Source: Mobula birostris (taxonomy: Eukaryota). Taken from it: a stretch of 64,000 nt of DNA. The DNA lies in assembly GCF_030028105.1 (NCBI RefSeq), contig NC_092372.1, forward strand, positions 2,456,441 to 2,520,440, read 5' to 3'. Each line of letters starts with the position of its first letter. Position 1 is the first letter of the stretch. Under the pieces are notes generated by a model. The model was not told where the DNA came from and ran no database searches. It saw only the letters and a program-made list of their open reading frames with translations. This document shows positions 61,236 through 64,000 of this stretch, piece by piece. The position numbers were made by a program, and so were the translations under genes.

Positions 61236-64000
61236 GAGGTGACTTTAAACTAGAATGGTTGGGGGGTGGGAATCAAATTAAAGAGGCTAGGCGTGAGGAG
61301 GTTAGTTCACTACAGGGGGATGGGAACCAGTGCAGAGAGACAGAGGGGTGTAAAGTGAGGGTAGAAGCAAAAAGTACTATGGAGAAAAGTAAAAGTGGCA
61401 GGCCGACAAATCCAGGGCAAGCATTAAAAAGGGCCTCTCTTCAGCATAATTGTATAAGGGCTAAGAGAGTTGTAAAAGAGCACCTGAAGGCGTTGTGTGT
61501 CAATGCAAGGAGCATTCGTAATAAGGTGGATGAATTGAAAGTGCAGATTGTTATTAATGATTATGATATAGTTAGGATCACAGAGACATGGCTCCAGGGT
61601 GACCAGGGATGGGAGCTCAACGTTCAGGGATATTCAATATTCAGGAGGGATAGACATGAAGGAAGGGGAGGTGGGGTGGCGTTGCTGGTTAAAGAAGAGA
61701 TTAACGCAATAGAAAGGAAGGACATAAGCCGGGAAGATGTGGAATCGATATGGGTAGAGCTGCGTAACACTGAGGGGCAGAAGGCGCTGGTGGGAGTTGT
61801 GTACAGGCCAACTAACAGTAGTAGTGAGGTCGGAGATGGTATTAAACAGGAAATTAGAAATGTGTGCAATAAAGGAACAGCAGTTATAATGGGTGACTTC
61901 AATCTACATGTAGATTGGGTGAACCAAATTGGTAAAGGTGCTGAGGAAGAGGATTTCTTGGAATGTATGCAGGATGGTTTTTTGAACCAACATGTCAAGG
62001 AACCAACTAGAGAGCAGGCTATTCTGGACTGGGTTTTGAGCAATGAGGAAGGGTTAATTAGCAATCTTGTCGTGAGAGGCCCCTTGGGTAAGAGTGACCA
62101 TAATATGGTGGAATTCTTCATTAAGATGGAGAGTGACATAGTTAATTCAGAAACAAAGGTTCTGAACTTAAAGAGGGGTAACTTTGAAGGTATGAGACGT
62201 GAATTAGCTAAGATAGACTGGCAAATGACACTTAAAGGATTGACGGTGGATATGCAATGGCAAGCATTTAAAGGTTGCATGGATGAACTGCAACAAATGT
62301 TCATCCCAGTTTGGCAAAAGAATAAATCAAGGAAGGTAGTGCACCCATGGCTGACAAGAGAAATTAGAGATAGTATCAATTCCAAAGAAGAAGCATACAA
62401 ATTAGCCAGAGAAAGTGGCTCACCTGAGGACTGGGAGGAATTCAGAGTTCAGCAGAGGAGGACAAAGGGCTTAATTAGGAAGGGGGAAAAAAGATTATGA
62501 GAGAAAACTGGCAGGCAACATAAAAACGGACTGTAAAAGCTTTTATAGATATGTAAAAAGGAAAAGACTGGTAAAAACAAATGTAGGTCCCCTGCAGACA
62601 GAAACAGGTGAATTGATTATGGGGAGCAAGGACATGGCAGACCAATTGAATAATTACTTTGGTTCTGTCTTCACTAAGGAGGACATAAATAATCTTCCGG
62701 AAATAGTAGGGGACAGAGGGTCCAGTGAGATGGAGGAACTGAGCGAAATACATGTTAGTAGGGAAGTGGTGTTAGGTAAATTGAAGGGATTGAAGGCAGA
62801 TAAATTCCCAGGGCCAGATGGTCTGCATCCCAGGGTGCTTAAGGAAGTAGCCCAAGAAATAGTGGATGCATTAGTGATAATTTTTCAAAACTCGTTAGAT
62901 TCTGGACTAGTTCCTGAGGATTGGAGGGTGGCTAATGTAACTCCGCTTTTTAAAAAAGGAGGGAGAGAGAAACCGGGGAATTATAGACCGGTTAGCCTAA
63001 CGTCGGTGGTGGGGAAACTGCTGGAGTCAGTTATCAAGGATGTGATAACAGCACATTTGGAAAGCGGTGAAATGATCGGACAAAGTCAGCATGGATTTGT
63101 GAAAGGAAAATCATGTCTGACGAATCTCATAGAATTTTTTGAGGATGTAACTAGTAGAGTGGATAGGGGAGAACCAGTGGATGTGGTATATTTGGATTTT
63201 CAGAAGGCTTTTGACAAGGTCCCACACAGGAGATTAGTGTGCAAACTTAAAGCACACGGTATTGGGGGTAAGGTATTGGTGTGGGGGAGAGTTGGTTAGC
63301 AGACAGGAAGCAAAGAATGGGAATAAGCGGGACCTTTTCAGAATGGCAGGCTGTGACTAGTGGGGTACCGCAAGGCTCAGTGCTGGGACCCCAGTTGTTT
63401 ACAATATATATTAATGACTTGGATGAGGGAATTAAACGCAGCATCTCCAAGTTTACGGATGACACGAAGCTGGGCGGCAGTGTTAGCTGTGAGGAGGATG
63501 CTAAGAGGATGCAGGGTGACTTGGATAGGTTGGGTGAGTGGGCAAATTCATGGCAGATGCAATTTAATGTGGATACATGTGAAGTTATCCACTTTGGTGG
63601 CAAAAATAGGAAAACAGATTATTATCTGAATGGTGGCCGATTAGGAAAAGGGGAGGTGCAACGAGACCTGGGTGTCATTATACACCAGTCATTGAAAGTG
63701 GGCATGCAGGTACAGCAGGCGGTGAAAAAGGCGAATGGTATGCTGGCATTTATAGCGAGAGGATTTGAGTACAGGAGCAGGGAGGTACTACTGCAGTTGT
63801 ACAAGGCCTTGGTGAGACCACACCTGGAGTATTGTGTGCAGTTTTGGTCCCCTAATCTGAGGAAAGACATCCTTGCCACAGAGTACAAAGAAGGTTCACC
63901 AGATTGATTCCTGGGATGGCAGGACTTTCATATGAAGAAAGACTGGATGAACTGGGCTTGTACTCGTTGGAATTTAGAAGATTGAGGGGGGATCTGATTG
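61236..64000 (+). mobile_element. Young CR1 ORF2 (APE endonuclease plus RT), few frameshifts, runs off the window
   Basis: LCVNARS...ITETW...GDFN...SDHN (APE), NYRPVSLTS, YLDFQKAFD, SGVPQGS and KFTDDTK. Confidence 0.92.

Noticed and set aside
61259-63907. Active autonomous CR1
   Set aside because: ORF2 is broken by frameshifts (~62490, ~63285, ~63880) and ORF1 is missing.

Overview
Eukaryotic (vertebrate) genomic DNA, most likely from a cartilaginous fish; the taxon is inferred only from the CR1/Rex1/Penelope repeat landscape. Most of the window is nested, decayed transposons: CR1 LINEs, Rex1/Babar-like LINEs, Penelope-like elements, a Tc1, two hAT elements, tRNA-derived SINEs and probable solo LTRs. 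Most ORFs in the track are TE fragments or low-complexity artefacts. The host genes I can support are SRP72 coding exons 1-2 (minus strand, continuing off the left edge) and the full three-coding-exon SMIM19 (plus strand, with a GC-AG first intron). There is also a probable first exon of an unidentified third gene near 57.8 kb. Notable structures: (1) a 35 x 108 bp in-frame tandem array built from a CR1/CR1 junction, giving a 1303-codon ORF that repeats RT motif A; (2) minimal hammerhead ribozymes in Penelope ends, with the two intact copies in a fold-back; (3) sense-strand G-rich tandem expansions at all three CpG-rich gene starts; (4) a large CR1 inverted pair at the right end. TE boundaries without a stated target-site duplication (TSD) are approximate.
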